Shown: piece after piece, positions 1-12,023 of the stretch
Layout: each line of letters opens with the position of its first letter
Position numbering within the stretch: position 1 is the stretch's first letter
Source of the DNA: Eledone cirrhosa
Lineage: Eukaryota
NCBI GenBank assembly: GCA_964016885.1
Contig: OZ024741.1
Location: 232,376,001 to 232,440,000, forward strand
Length of the DNA: 64,000 nt
Direction: 5' to 3'
Notes under the pieces: generated by a model
The model's database searches: none
What the model was told of the DNA's origin: nothing
Seen by the model: the letters and a program-made list of their open reading frames with translations, nothing else
Position numbers and translations under genes: made by a program

Positions 1-2603
1 ATCAGTTGGATATTATCTGGATAGTATCATACCTTATCAGTTAGATATTCTCTGGATAGTATCATACCTTATAAGTTGGATATTCTCTGTATAGTATCAT
101 ACCTTATCAATTGGATATTCTCTGTATAGTATCATGCCTTATCAGTTGGACATTTTCTGGATAGTATCATACCTTATCAGTTGGATATTCTCTGTATAGT
201 ATCAGACCTTATCAGTTGGATATTCTCTGTATAGTATCATACCTTATCAATTGGATATTCTCTGTATAGTATCATGCCTTATCAGTTGGACATTTTCTGG
301 ATAGTATCATACCTTATCAGTTGGATATTCTCTGTATAGTATCATACCTTATCAGTTGGATATTTTCTGTATAGTATCATACCTTATCAATTGGATATTC
401 TCTGGATAGTATCATACCTCATCAGTTGGATATTCTCTGGATAGTATCATACCTTATCAGTTGGATATTCTCTGGATAGTATCATACCTTATCAGTTAGA
501 TATTCTCTGGATATTATGATACCTTATATGTTGGATATTCTCTGGATAGTATCATACCTTATCAGTTAGATATTCTCTGGATAGTATCATACATTATCAG
601 TTGGACATTTTCAGGATAGTATCATACCTTATCAGTTGGATATTCTCTGGATAGTATCATACCTTATCAGTTGGATATTCTCTGGATAGTATCATAACTT
701 ATCAGTTTGATATTCTCTGGATAGTATCATACCTTATCAGTTAGATATTCTCTGGATAGTATCATACCTTATCAGTTGGATATTCTCTGGATAGTATCAT
801 ACCTTATCAGTTCGATATTCTCTGGATAGTATCATACCTTATCAGTTGGATATTCTCTGGATAGTATCATACCTTATAAGTTGGATATTCCATGGATAGT
901 ATCATACCTCATCAGTTAGATATTCCATGGATAGTATCATACCTTATCAGTTAGATATTCTCTGGATAGTATCATACCTTATCAGTTAGATATTCTCTGG
1001 ATAGTATCATACCTCATCAGTTGGATATTATCTGGATAGTATCATACCTTATCAGTTAGATATTCTCTGGATAGTATCATACCTTATAAGTTGGATATTC
1101 TCTGTATAGTATCATACCTTATCAATTGGATATTCTCTGTATAGTATCATGCCTTATCGGTTGGACATTTTCTGGATAGTACCATACCTTATCAGTTGGA
1201 TATTCTCTGTATAGTATCATACCTTATCAGTTGGATATTCTCTGTATAGTATCATACCTTATCAATTGGATATTCTCTGTATAGTATCATGCCTTATCAG
1301 TTGGACATTTTCTGGATAGTATCATACCTTATCAGTTGGATATTCTCTGTATAGTATCATACCTCATCAGTTGGATATTCTCTGTATAGTATCATACCTT
1401 ATCAATTGGATATTCGCTGTATAGTATCATGCCTTATCAGTTGGACATTTTCTGGATAGTATCCTACCTTATCAGTTGGATATTCTCTGTATAGTATCAT
1501 ACCTTATCAGTTAGATATTCTCTGGATAGTATCATACCTTATCAGTTGGATATTCTCTGTATAGTATCATACCTTATCAGTTAGATATTCTCTGGATAGT
1601 ATCATACCTTATCAGTTAGATATTCTCTGGATAGTATCATACCTTATATGTTGGATATTCTCTGGATAGTATCATACCTTATCAGTTAGATATTCTCTGG
1701 ATAGTATCATACATTATCAGTTGGACATTTTCAGGATAGTATCATTCCTTATCAGTTGGATATTCTCTGGATAGTATCATACCTTATCAGTTGGATATTC
1801 TCTGGATAGTATCATAACTTATCAGTTTGATATTCTCTGGATAGTATCATACCTTATCAGTTAGATATTCTCTGGATAGTATCATACCTAATCAGTTGGA
1901 TATTCTCTGGATAGTATCATACCTTATCAGTTAGATATTCTCTGGATAGTATCATACCTTATCAGTTGGATATTCTCTGGATAGTATCATACCTTATCAG
2001 TTGGATATTCTCTGGATAGTATCATTCCTTATCAGTTGGATATTCTCTGTATAGTATCATACCTTATCAGTTAGATATTCTCTGGATAGTATCATACCTT
2101 ATCAGTTAGATATTCTCTGGATAGTATCATACCTTATCAGTTGGATATTCTCTGGATAGTATCATACCTTATCAGTTGGATATTCTCTGGACAGTATCAT
2201 ACCTTATCAGTTGGATATTCTCTGGATAGTATTATACCTTATCAGTTGGATATTCTCTGGATAGTATCATACCTTATCAGTTAGATATTCTCTGGATAGT
2301 ATCATACCTTATCAGTTGGATATTCTCTGGATAGTATCATACCTTATCAGTTAGATATTCTCTGGATAGTATCATACCTTATCAGTTGGATATTCTCTGG
2401 ATAGTATTATACCTTATCAGTTGGATATTCTCTGTATAGTATCATACCTTATCAGTTGGATATTCTCTGGATAGTATCATACCTTATCAGTTAGATATTC
2501 TCTGGATAGTATCATACCTTATCAGTTAGATATTCTCTGGATAGTATCATACCTTATCAGTTAGATATTCTCTGGATAGTATCATACCTTATCAGTTGGA
2601 TAT
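1..2603. repeat. 35-bp tandem satellite (~74 units), running off the left edge
   Basis: Unit ATCAGTTGGATATTCTCTGGATAGTATCATACCTT recurs every 35 nt (1, 36, 71 ... 421 ... 2591) with point variants only and no spacers. Confidence 0.98.
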
Positions 2604-2622
2604 CCAACTGATAAGGTATGAT
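2581..2622. repeat. Perfect 42-bp palindrome terminating the satellite
   Basis: ATCATACCTTATCAGTTGGATATCCAACTGATAAGGTATGAT is its own reverse complement. Confidence 0.95.
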
Positions 2623-3561
2623 TTTCTTGGGTATGTCTCTATTTATAAAACCAACTTTGTATTGTATAAGTTAAAACAATGAAATCAAAAATCAAGTTAT
2701 TAGAAATATATTTCACTGCTTTACTATCGTTTCTAGCTGATGAAAATATATTGTAACTATACTTCGTTATCGATCTATGTAAGTTTAGTGTCAAAATATC
2801 AGATAAAGAGAATATTTACTTATATGTATATCACCAGCTGTTGTCAAATGCAATAATAATTTTATTCAAAATTAGTAGTAATTTAGTATTATGTTTAATT
2901 CTATGATCTTATTTGGAGGTAGCTGAAGAACTAACCAATCAGATTGTTTTTTTCCATATGATTAAAAATAATTCACTTTAGTTGAGGTCATGAGCCTTTG
3001 AAAGTAATGGTTGAATGGTGTTAATAATAGAATTGCCATAAAAAATATATTAGGAAGAGAGGGATTGTCAGATTGATAGTTGAACGTATATGGTAGAGTA
3101 AAGTTTAAAAGGAACGTAAAAATTAAATGTTGAGTTGTGTTGTATGGAGTTTTTATGTATATATAAATTGAGGTCATAGCTAGGAGACATAGTATAATAA
3201 AAGATGAAAATTATAATAAGATAATGAAATACAGTAATACAATAATATAACATAATGTAACACAATATAGTACGGTGTGGGAAATCGTACTTAGTATAAT
3301 ACAGCGTGTGATACGCCTTAAAATACTTTCAAGTATGTCTATGTATAAATAATGAAACTCAGATAAATACATGTTGTCATAGTCCAAACGCATAGCTTTC
3401 ATAGATCACAAAGTGCATATACCCACATTATAGATAGATGTTTAGTTATATTGATACTCAATTAAAAATATACATAAGCGTAAATAGATGCAAACATATA
3501 CATACATGTAAACATGTGCACACAATCATATACACATATATTTATATATATATATATATAT

Positions 3562-4005
3562 TTACATAAATATATGTATGTATACGTACATACAAATATG
3601 TATACAGACGTACAGTAGTATGTATATATATATATATACATACATGCACACATATATATGTACGTATGGATTCAGCAAACATTTATTATAATGCTCGGTG
3701 TGTTTGTAAACAAACATTCCGAATTAAGCCGTACAGTGTCTAGCAACCATCGTTGCTCTTTTGTTCAACACTGGCAAAGGAACGCTGCGTTCCTTTATCA
3801 GTGTTGAACAAAAGGGCAACGATGGTTGCTAGACACTGTACGGCTTAATTCGGGATGTTTGTTTACAAACACACCGAGCATTATAATAAAGGTTTGGTGA
3901 ATCCATACGTACATATATATGTGTGCATGTATGTATATATATATACATACTGCTGTATGTCTGTATACATATATGTATGTACGTATACATACTTATATTT
4001 AAGTA
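3562..4005. repeat. ~440-bp near-perfect fold-back palindrome, probably a retroelement-end remnant
   Basis: Arms mirror around 3786 (AAAGGAACGC-T-GCGTTCCTTT). A single-arm paralogue lies at ~17160-17433. Confidence 0.9.
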
Positions 4006-4165
4006 ACAGCCGTACTAAGAGTGAGAAATGAAATTTCGTTTCATTTTTTCCGTTTATATTCACATATATACACCTATACACATATATATGTATGTACACA
4101 CACATACATGTACACACACACATATAAACACTCATACACATATACTCGCATATACACACATACGC

Positions 4166-4244
<79 letters not shown>

Positions 4245-4567
4245 TCATATCATACACACATAGATACATATTTACTCATGCAATTACGGGTGGCTGTGTA
4301 CCTTGTTATCCTTAGTCATTAACGCATAAAACTAAGGAAGCTAAAACATTAAAACGTGAAAAATAAGCATGAATGCGTATAATTAAGGGAAACTGATACT
4401 AACAAATGTTTCGCCATATAGAATTATAGTGAGTTGCTATTTAGAATATTTAATTAGGTTTATAGTATTTAAATGTTTTTCGAATACGGTGATTTGTATA
4501 CGGGGATAATCAGTTCCTGTCTTTTATTCACTAAACCGTCCTTAAATTTATATATAAATTTATATAT

Positions 4568-4627
<60 letters not shown>

Positions 4628-4629
4628 AT

Positions 4630-4821
4630 AATAGCTTTCACCGTATTTTTGCCTAAAGGAATTTTAGCCTGATAATGGGGTTTAGAACCCTCAGATAAAT
4701 GGAAAAAGATGAGTATTGACGTACATGTACGTCAATACTCATCTTTTTCCATTTATCTGAGGGTTCTAGACCCCATTATTAGGCTAAAATACTTTTAGTT
4801 AAAAATACGGTGAAAGCTATT
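4630..4821. repeat. ~190-bp spacerless palindrome next to a (TA)n tract
   Basis: Mirror centre GTACA|TGTAC at 4725/4726; ends AATAGCTTTCACCGTATTTTT ... AAAAATACGGTGAAAGCTATT. Confidence 0.92.
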
Positions 4822-4900
4822 CTATTTTCTAATTTCAAACCTGCTCACTGTTTCAAAAACATACTTACTTGATATATATATATATATATACATATATATC

Positions 4901-4941
<41 letters not shown>

Positions 4942-5149
4942 GTGTGTGTGTGTGTATATGTATATATATATATATGAATAAAGTTAGTCCTTCATCAGTG
5001 ATCTTCCAACCTTCATTGGTATTTCATCGCTTTAAAGAGCATATACCTCCTGTTGGTGCGAGCAACGGCTAAAGAAAGTCGTTGGGACACGTAAATAAGG
5101 GGAACGAGCGAGACTGTAAACAATCAAAGATGGTAATGCAACGAAAAGT

Positions 5150-5415
5150 GAGGAAGAAGGAGTCAAGTCCCAGAATTCTATGAATATAAGTTCTGTGAAA
5201 TCGTGGACGAGAGAGAATAAAGACCATCAAACTTAGTCGAAATGTGAGCAAGGAAAGAATTCCGCACAGGTCAAACGGGGGGAAGGAGTCTAGTCCCTGA
5301 ATTCGGTGAACATAAGTTCTGTGAAATCGTAGACAAGAGAGAAAAAAAGGAACAACCAACGTGGTCAAGTGTGTGCGAGAAAAGAATTACGCACAGGTCA
5401 AACGGGAGGAAGTAG
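5150..5415. repeat. ~127-bp tandem duplication (about 2 copies)
   Basis: GAAGGAGTC...TAAGTTCTGTGAAATCGT and AAAGAATT.CGCACAGGTCAAACGGG each recur ~127 nt apart. Confidence 0.8.
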
Positions 5416-5474
5416 GAGAGGGAGTAGAAGAGAGTGAGTGAGTGAAGGGTGAGGAAGAGGCTAACAGAGAGAGT

Positions 5475-5519
<45 letters not shown>

Positions 5520-5520
<1 letters not shown>

Positions 5521-6527
5521 CGTTTCTGAATTTGTTTAGCAAGATCCTTAATCTGAAAACGTGTGTTGAAACCGATATTGTTATACTTTGGGAGGGTCAT
5601 GTTGCTTATAAGAAACACACGCACCAGCTGCTTTCACTTCAATTTATTATAAATTAAATTATAAATTAAAAAATTATAAATTTCCGGTTGGTTGGTTCCA
5701 CACCCGTACGGTTGTTTATATATCGTCAAAGTTCTTCCGTCACGCATTCTTTGACCTCTACATTGACTGGGGATTCTTTTCTTTGTTTTGCGCCTCTCCT
5801 TTCTTCTGTCCTACGCCATCTTGTTTTTGTGTGTGTTGTGAGCTTAGTTTGCGCATGTGTTACATCCGGGTGTCTGTGTGTGTTTTTATTTGTTTATTTC
5901 TTTCTTTATGTATATGTAACTGGCTGGTTGTTTGTTCTATGTGTGATGTTTTCATTTTGTCGTTAATTGTAAGTTGTGATGTTGCTATTCCATTCATGTT
6001 TTCTATTTAATTTGGGTTGGAGTTCATTTATGTTTATTGCCTCTGTGATTTGTCTAAACATTGCGTCTTTTCTGTGTGTAGATTTTATTTTTTTCTATGT
6101 TCTCTAATTTGCCATTATGTTTTATTTTAGCATGTTGTTGGAGTACTGATGATTCTTTTCTATCTTGAAGCTCATTTAATCGTTCTCCTATACTACGAGC
6201 TATCTCACCTATGTACACTATATCCTTATCTTTACATTGTCCTTCAGTACATCCTATGCTATATACTATGTTTCTAGTTTTACTATGGCGGCTTATTTTA
6301 CAGATTATGCATTTCTTATCTATACAGGGAGGTCTTTGAAAAGCGTATGTATTACTAATAAGTGTTTTTATGGGGGTCCCTGGTCTTTCTACTATCTTAA
6401 TATTTATTTTAAGTTTATCTAGGGGCCTTCTACATTTGTAAGCTAGTTCACCTCTAGGGGTTGTATTGATGAACACTACACTCTGGTATTTATTGCTATC
6501 ACACCATGAGTTTATTCTATTAAACAT
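5520..6527 (-). mobile_element. 5'-truncated Penelope-like element fragment (Cys-rich linker, GIY-YIG endonuclease, 3' region)
   Basis: ORF 6054-6527 has CIDKKCIIC ... NIVYSIGC...C...YIGEIARSIGERLNE, the PLE GIY-YIG pattern. Bounded by (TA)n-rich tracts; the left limit is approximate. Confidence 0.8.
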
Positions 6528-6730
6528 TCTATATATGTATGTATATATTTATGTATGTATGTGAGTATACATATTCGTCATATATCTATGTGTGCGTGTA
6601 TGTATGTATGCGTATATATATATATATAACGAAGGAAATGTGGTAAGGAACCAGGTGGACCATAACGCACCAAAGTACTCAATACTTAGGGTAGTAGAGT
6701 GGGTAATGGGGTTCATATATATATATATAT

Positions 6731-6814
<84 letters not shown>

Positions 6815-7130
6815 GGGTGTGTATGATTGTGTATAGAAGATTATATTAATAAAAGGAATTCCAACTTTGTCTGATTTACTCGTTTTATTTACAATCCTTT
6901 AAAATTTATAATGGTATTAGAATGAAATAGTATGGTAGAATATTAAATGTTAAGTGTTAATTGAACAAGTACTTTCATGCTTTCGCAATCTTTAGGTTCA
7001 TATTCTGTGGTGACAGTCAAGTTTGCAATTTTCAACTGTAATGAGATGGGTAAATTGTGTGCCTTATATACAGTCAAAAGTTCCTACAGAATGCTAAATC
7101 TTGCAAACTGTATTTCGACCAATCGGTGTG
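6815..7130 (-). repeat. PLE pseudo-LTR, downstream copy
   Basis: Nearly identical direct repeat of 11017-11332, with only a few substitutions. Confidence 0.92.
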
Positions 7131-9041
7131 TAGTTTCACTGGATTACTAAAGCTGATTGGTTTAGGCGTCACGGTTGGTTGAGCATGTCTAACTACTACT
7201 AATTGAACCTATCCAAAGCATCAATTGTTTAGCTATTTTTAGAAATGATGAAAATAGCATTTTCTAGTAATCATCACCATCAACATCACTTGTATTATTA
7301 TTATTGTTGTTGTTGTTGTTGTTGTTGTTGTTAGTGGTCGTAGTCATACTTTGATTTTTCTCTTGATTTCACTTGATGGACATTTGGGTCTCGGATTTGC
7401 AGTCGGTGTACCCGTGCACGTTCCGATAGTGCATTTCCAGTTTCACCGACATATAGTTCTTCACAATTCTGGCATTTAATGCAGTAAATTAGATTTCTGC
7501 TTTTGTAGTTCATATTTGCATTTGGGAATATTTTTCCAGTTTTTGTTTTCATATATTGACCGGCGTGTATGGATTGACATGTGCCACATCGACTATCATT
7601 GCATTTAGATACAGTGAATGATTGATCTTTGTTGTTAATTCAAACTTTGCTTTTGTTAGTAATTGCTTCAAATTTTTCGGCTGTCTTTTACTAAGAGTCA
7701 AAGATCGATCTGTGATTAAGCCTTTTAATTCATTACTTTGAGCAATGATCGGTAAGTTTGCTTTGGCAGTGTTGAAGATATTCTGATGATATGGGTTGTG
7801 TGTCATTATAAATGGTATGACCAATTCTTGGTTTCTTCTTCCTTGGGTTGTCCTAAGTTGTTGTACAGGTATTTTTATAGCCCGCTGTATGCCATTTTCT
7901 ATAAGTAGATATGGGTATTTGTTGTTTGAGCAAAAATTCTTAGTTCTTTTAGGCGTTTGTACCTGGCATTCGTATCTTCTACAATGGTACAAATTCTTCT
8001 GGCTAGGCAGTATGGGATGTTGCGTTTCGTATGAGGTGGATGGCACGACTTAAAATTCAGATATTTATGGGTGTCTGTGTGTTTAAATATATATCCGTGG
8101 TAATGGTGGTGTCGTTTTTGATTATCATTATATCTAGGAATGGTAATTTGGTACTACTCATCTCTTTTGTGAATTGGAGAGATGGGTGTAGGCTATTCAG
8201 GAGGATATTGAACCCATCCAGTGTATCTAGAGATTCGGTCCAGATGATGAAACAGTCGTCAAGGTATCTCTTCCAAGATTTTTCAATGTACTTTCTAAAG
8301 TCAGTACTATATTGTTCCTCTATTTCTTGGTACAGTTGTTGTTCTAATTATCCCATTACAGAGTTCGCGTAAACGGGAGCAAACTTCATTCCCATCGCTG
8401 TGCCTCTAATTTGGATGTAATTCTTTCCATTGAAGAAGAAAGTGTTGTTTTCCAGAATAAGTTTAACTGCGTCTAATATAAATGGCGCTGTGAATCTGAT
8501 GGGAATCACTTCTCTATGTTTTCCACCCAGTATTTAACCGCATTTATTCCTAAATCATGTGTAATGTTGGTGTAAAGGCTTACCACATCAAAACTAAGTA
8601 GAAGTGAGTTCGTTTCCGTGGTTTTGGTAAGATGGGACAGGAAGTCGATACCATCCCGGATGAAACTGGGTATATGAATACATAGTGGTTTCAAAATAAT
8701 GTCAACAAAATTGCTTAAACGGTGGGTGGGGCATGTTCGACCAGCTATAATAGGTCTAAGTTTTAAGTCTTTTGGGTGTAATAATTTAATGTACTCACTG
8801 TTTTTTTCTTTTAGTGCCAGTTATATTTCTTTTGACTTATAAACTTTCGGTAGGCCATAGAGGTTGCTGGGTTTTGGCTCAAAACTGGTGATGTAGTCTC
8901 TTTCCTTATCAGTAAATGAGTTGTAGTATTTTGAAGCCAGGTTGTTGATCTTCTTCATGATGTTGTGGTCTATATTTCATGATAGAATGTTGTGTCTTTC
9001 AGTTGTTCCTCAACCAAATCTTTGTAGTATTCAGCATCCTG

Positions 9042-9217
9042 GGAGTATCGGTAGAGGGTCGGACGCCATGCTTTCCAGCATAGTTACGTCCCTTTATGAT
9101 CTGAGTTCAAATCCCGCCGAGGTTGACTTTGCCTTTCATCCTTACGGGGTCGATAAAATAAAGTACCAGTAATGCACTGGGTGATTGCTGGCCTTGTGCC
9201 TAAAGTAGAAACAATTA
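9042..9217 (+). mobile_element. Octopus-type tRNA-derived SINE inserted in the PLE
   Basis: CTGAGTTCAAATCCCGCC (B-box-like), GACTTTGCCTTTCATCC, GGGGTCGATAAAATAAAGTACCAGT, GCTGGCCTTGTGCC. Three other copies in the window. Family recognised from memory. Confidence 0.85.
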
Positions 9218-11016
9218 TAACAACATCACCCCCTTTATCTGCTTGTTTAATTATTATTGTTTTATCATTTTGTATACGTTTAAGTGCAGACATTTCTGAT
9301 TTGTTAATGTTTGGCCTGACATTAGTATTACGTCTAAGAGGAAATTTGGACAGGATGTCAATATATTGGTCGAGATAGATATTTCTTCCTTTTGGCGGAG
9401 TGAAATTTGATTTCTTCTTTACTAGTGATTCATCACTCTCATTACTTTTATCAGCGAAGAATTCTACAAGACGTAATTTTCGACAGAATTCTTGGGTATC
9501 CTCCTTCAGTTCTTGGTGATTGACTGTTGGAGTCGGTGTGAATTTCGGTCCTTTTGACAGAATTTGCATTTCATCATTGTCAAGATCTATTTTGGATAAA
9601 TTAATTATTTTAGGATCTACGTGTACAGTTGTTTTGAGTATGTTTCCTCCTGGAGTTTTTCTTTCTCCGTTTTCTTTTTGTCTGACGTTAAAAAATGGAT
9701 TTTTCTCTGTTCAGGAATGATATTCCTGTTGGTGTTTGCTTGATGAACTTTTAGTCGTGATATATTTGGTTTCGTAATGTATTTTGTCCTATTTTTGGTA
9801 TTATGTATATTATTTTTCCATTTCTTGTTAACATTATTTTTAACAATCTGTGGAAATGACCTAGGTTCGCTTTCTGGTTTAGATCGTTTTTCCGCCCAGT
9901 TTCTTGTGGGTAATCTCTGTTGAGATCTTGAGAGTGATCTGGTTATTCTACGTTTTTTTCCCCCTCCCTTGTGGGTAGTCTCTGTGGAGATCTTGAGAAT
10001 GATCTCCTGGTTTTACTACTTCTCATGGTCTGGTGAAAGGAATATCTATCGTGTTTGTGCTTTTTGTTCATGTTGTGTGCGATAGGGTGTTTTTGTAGAA
10101 AAAGCGAAGAGTTATTACCGTAGTTCTTCTTTTATTAAAGGTTAGGTGAGTGTTTGAGTTGGCACGTGTTCTGGCGTATGTTGTGTTGGTGAGATTGTCC
10201 ACTTTTAATGCTTTTTCTCAGGGTTCCAGAGTCTTTACCGTAATTTGCAGCATATTCGTCGAGAAATAATTGTTTCTGTTGCCATACCTTTCTTGATTTG
10301 TTTTCTTCTTTTGAGGTATCTCTGATCCATAGTTCTCGTAGTTTTTCAGCTATAATAACAGTCGTTAGCTTTGAATTTTCAGCTTCAATTTGGTAATCGA
10401 TAGCTTCATATTTGGCTTTGTAGCGGGATTGTTTACATTGAGAAATGGAGATGTCGGTCCTGAATGTTGTCAATGTAAGTTCCCATCGGAGTTTTGTTTC
10501 TTCTTCTGGTTCTCCTGCAATTTCTGTAATTAGGTATTTACGAGGGAGTACGGGTGCTGTTAGAGAGAGGCATTTCGAATGTGTTTCGACATATTTTTTG
10601 CATTTGTATGCTCTCCAGAAGTTTTGTTTTCTTATGTTAACAAATGTTTTCGATGTCTTCCACATTTCTTTTCTTATTCGATGTGTTTTGTTTTCCAAAT
10701 TTCTTTCGGTTAGTTCTGATATCCAATGGGGTTGTGGTAGGCTTTCTCTTCTATCTTTGATAACTGTTGGTATAATTTCAGCTAAATTCTTAATTTCAGA
10801 GTTTATATGTTCAGTTATAAGTTTTCCGTCTGTAGATTGTTTTTCTATTTCCTTTAAAATAGAGGATTGTGTGTCAATCATCGTCATAAGTGCTGATAAT
10901 TTCGATGATATCTCCTTTAGAATTCTTTCTGATTCTGTTGATTTCATTTGTTGCTTTCCAGACATGTTGGCATATACACAATAGGAATATATATATATAT
11001 AGAGATAAATATACAA

Positions 11017-11332
11017 GGGTGTGTATGATTGTGTATAGAAGATTATATTAATAAAAGGAATTCCAACTGTGTCTGATTTACTCGTTTTATTTACAATCCT
11101 TTAAAATTTATAATGGTATTAGAATGAAACAGTATGGTAGAATATTAAATGTTAAGTGTTAATTGAACAAGTACTTTCATGCTTTCGCAATCTTTAGGTT
11201 CATATTCTGTGGTGACAGTCAAGTTTGCAATTTTCAACTGTAATGAGATGGGTAAATTGTGTGCCTTATACACAGTCAAAAGTGGCTACAGAATGCTAAA
11301 TCTTGCAAACTGTATTTCGACCAATCGGTGTG
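11017..11332 (-). repeat. PLE pseudo-LTR, upstream copy
   Basis: Direct repeat of 6815-7130. Confidence 0.92.
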
Positions 11333-12023
11333 TTTACTAAAGCTGACTTTTCACTGTAGATAAGGCATGACAGTCAGCGTGAACTTCGTCGGAACAACAG
11401 TACTGCCGCGACTGCTGCTGCTTGTGCACGAGAGGATGAAGGACGACGTGCCGTTCGACGTAGCAGGGACGATGCTGCAGCATTCACTTGTCGCGCTCGA
11501 CAGGATGAAGGACGGCGCGCCGTTCGACGAAGCAGGGACGCCACTGCAACATACGCTGCTCGCGCACGAGAGGATGAACGATGACGCGCCGTTCGACGAA
11601 GCAAGGACGGCACTGCCACTGATGCTGCACGAAATACTGAAACCATAAGCAACGAGAGGCGATCATCGAACAGCGGCGATCATCGTTACGTGGCATTTCT
11701 AGGACTTGCAATTCACGATGTTGAAGGCCTTTAACTACGACCCCTCCTCCGACTACGCCGTCCATGCTGATATTCAAATCGGGAAAATGACCTCTACTTG
11801 CCAGTTTTGTCGTACAAAATAGTGGCAAGGGGAGAGAGATATAATGCGCTGTTCAAACAGTAAATTTAGACTACCTCCTATGCACGACCCTTCAGAGACA
11901 TTGCAACTCCTTTTAACAGACACGACAGAGGAATCATCGAAGTTTCTGGGTAATATCCGCCGCTACAATTCCGCGTTTCAGATGACATCCTTCGGAGCAA
12001 AGCTTGCCTCGTAACGTGGGTTC

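Larger units (their letters stand above)
6815..11346 (-). mobile_element. Near full-length but disrupted Penelope-like retroelement with direct pseudo-LTRs
   Basis: Minus-strand pieces in PLE order: N-terminal ORF 10135-11016; ILSKGPKFTPTP (9084-9569); RT FIRDGIDFL..SFDVVSLYTNI (8506-8694); RYLDDCFII (~8245-8270); linker 7549-8046; GIY-YIG NLIYCIKCQNCEELYVGETG..ERARVH (7331-7552). Frameshifts and a SINE insertion are present. Confidence 0.93.

Noticed and set aside
1-2603. CRISPR array (repeat length 35 bp)
   Set aside because: Units are contiguous with no unique spacers, there are no cas genes, and the context is eukaryotic.
3462-5657. ORFs rich in YIYI, CVCV or HTHT (also 29206, 41939-42828, 50059-51638, 61646)
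   Set aside because: These are translations of (TA)n, (TG)n and (CA)n microsatellites.
10445-11828. ORFs 10445-10984 (+), 11367-11648 (+), 11374-11652 (-) and 11484-11828 (-) as host genes
   Set aside because: They are antisense or off-frame shadows of the PLE ORF and of the Helitron N-terminal repeat.
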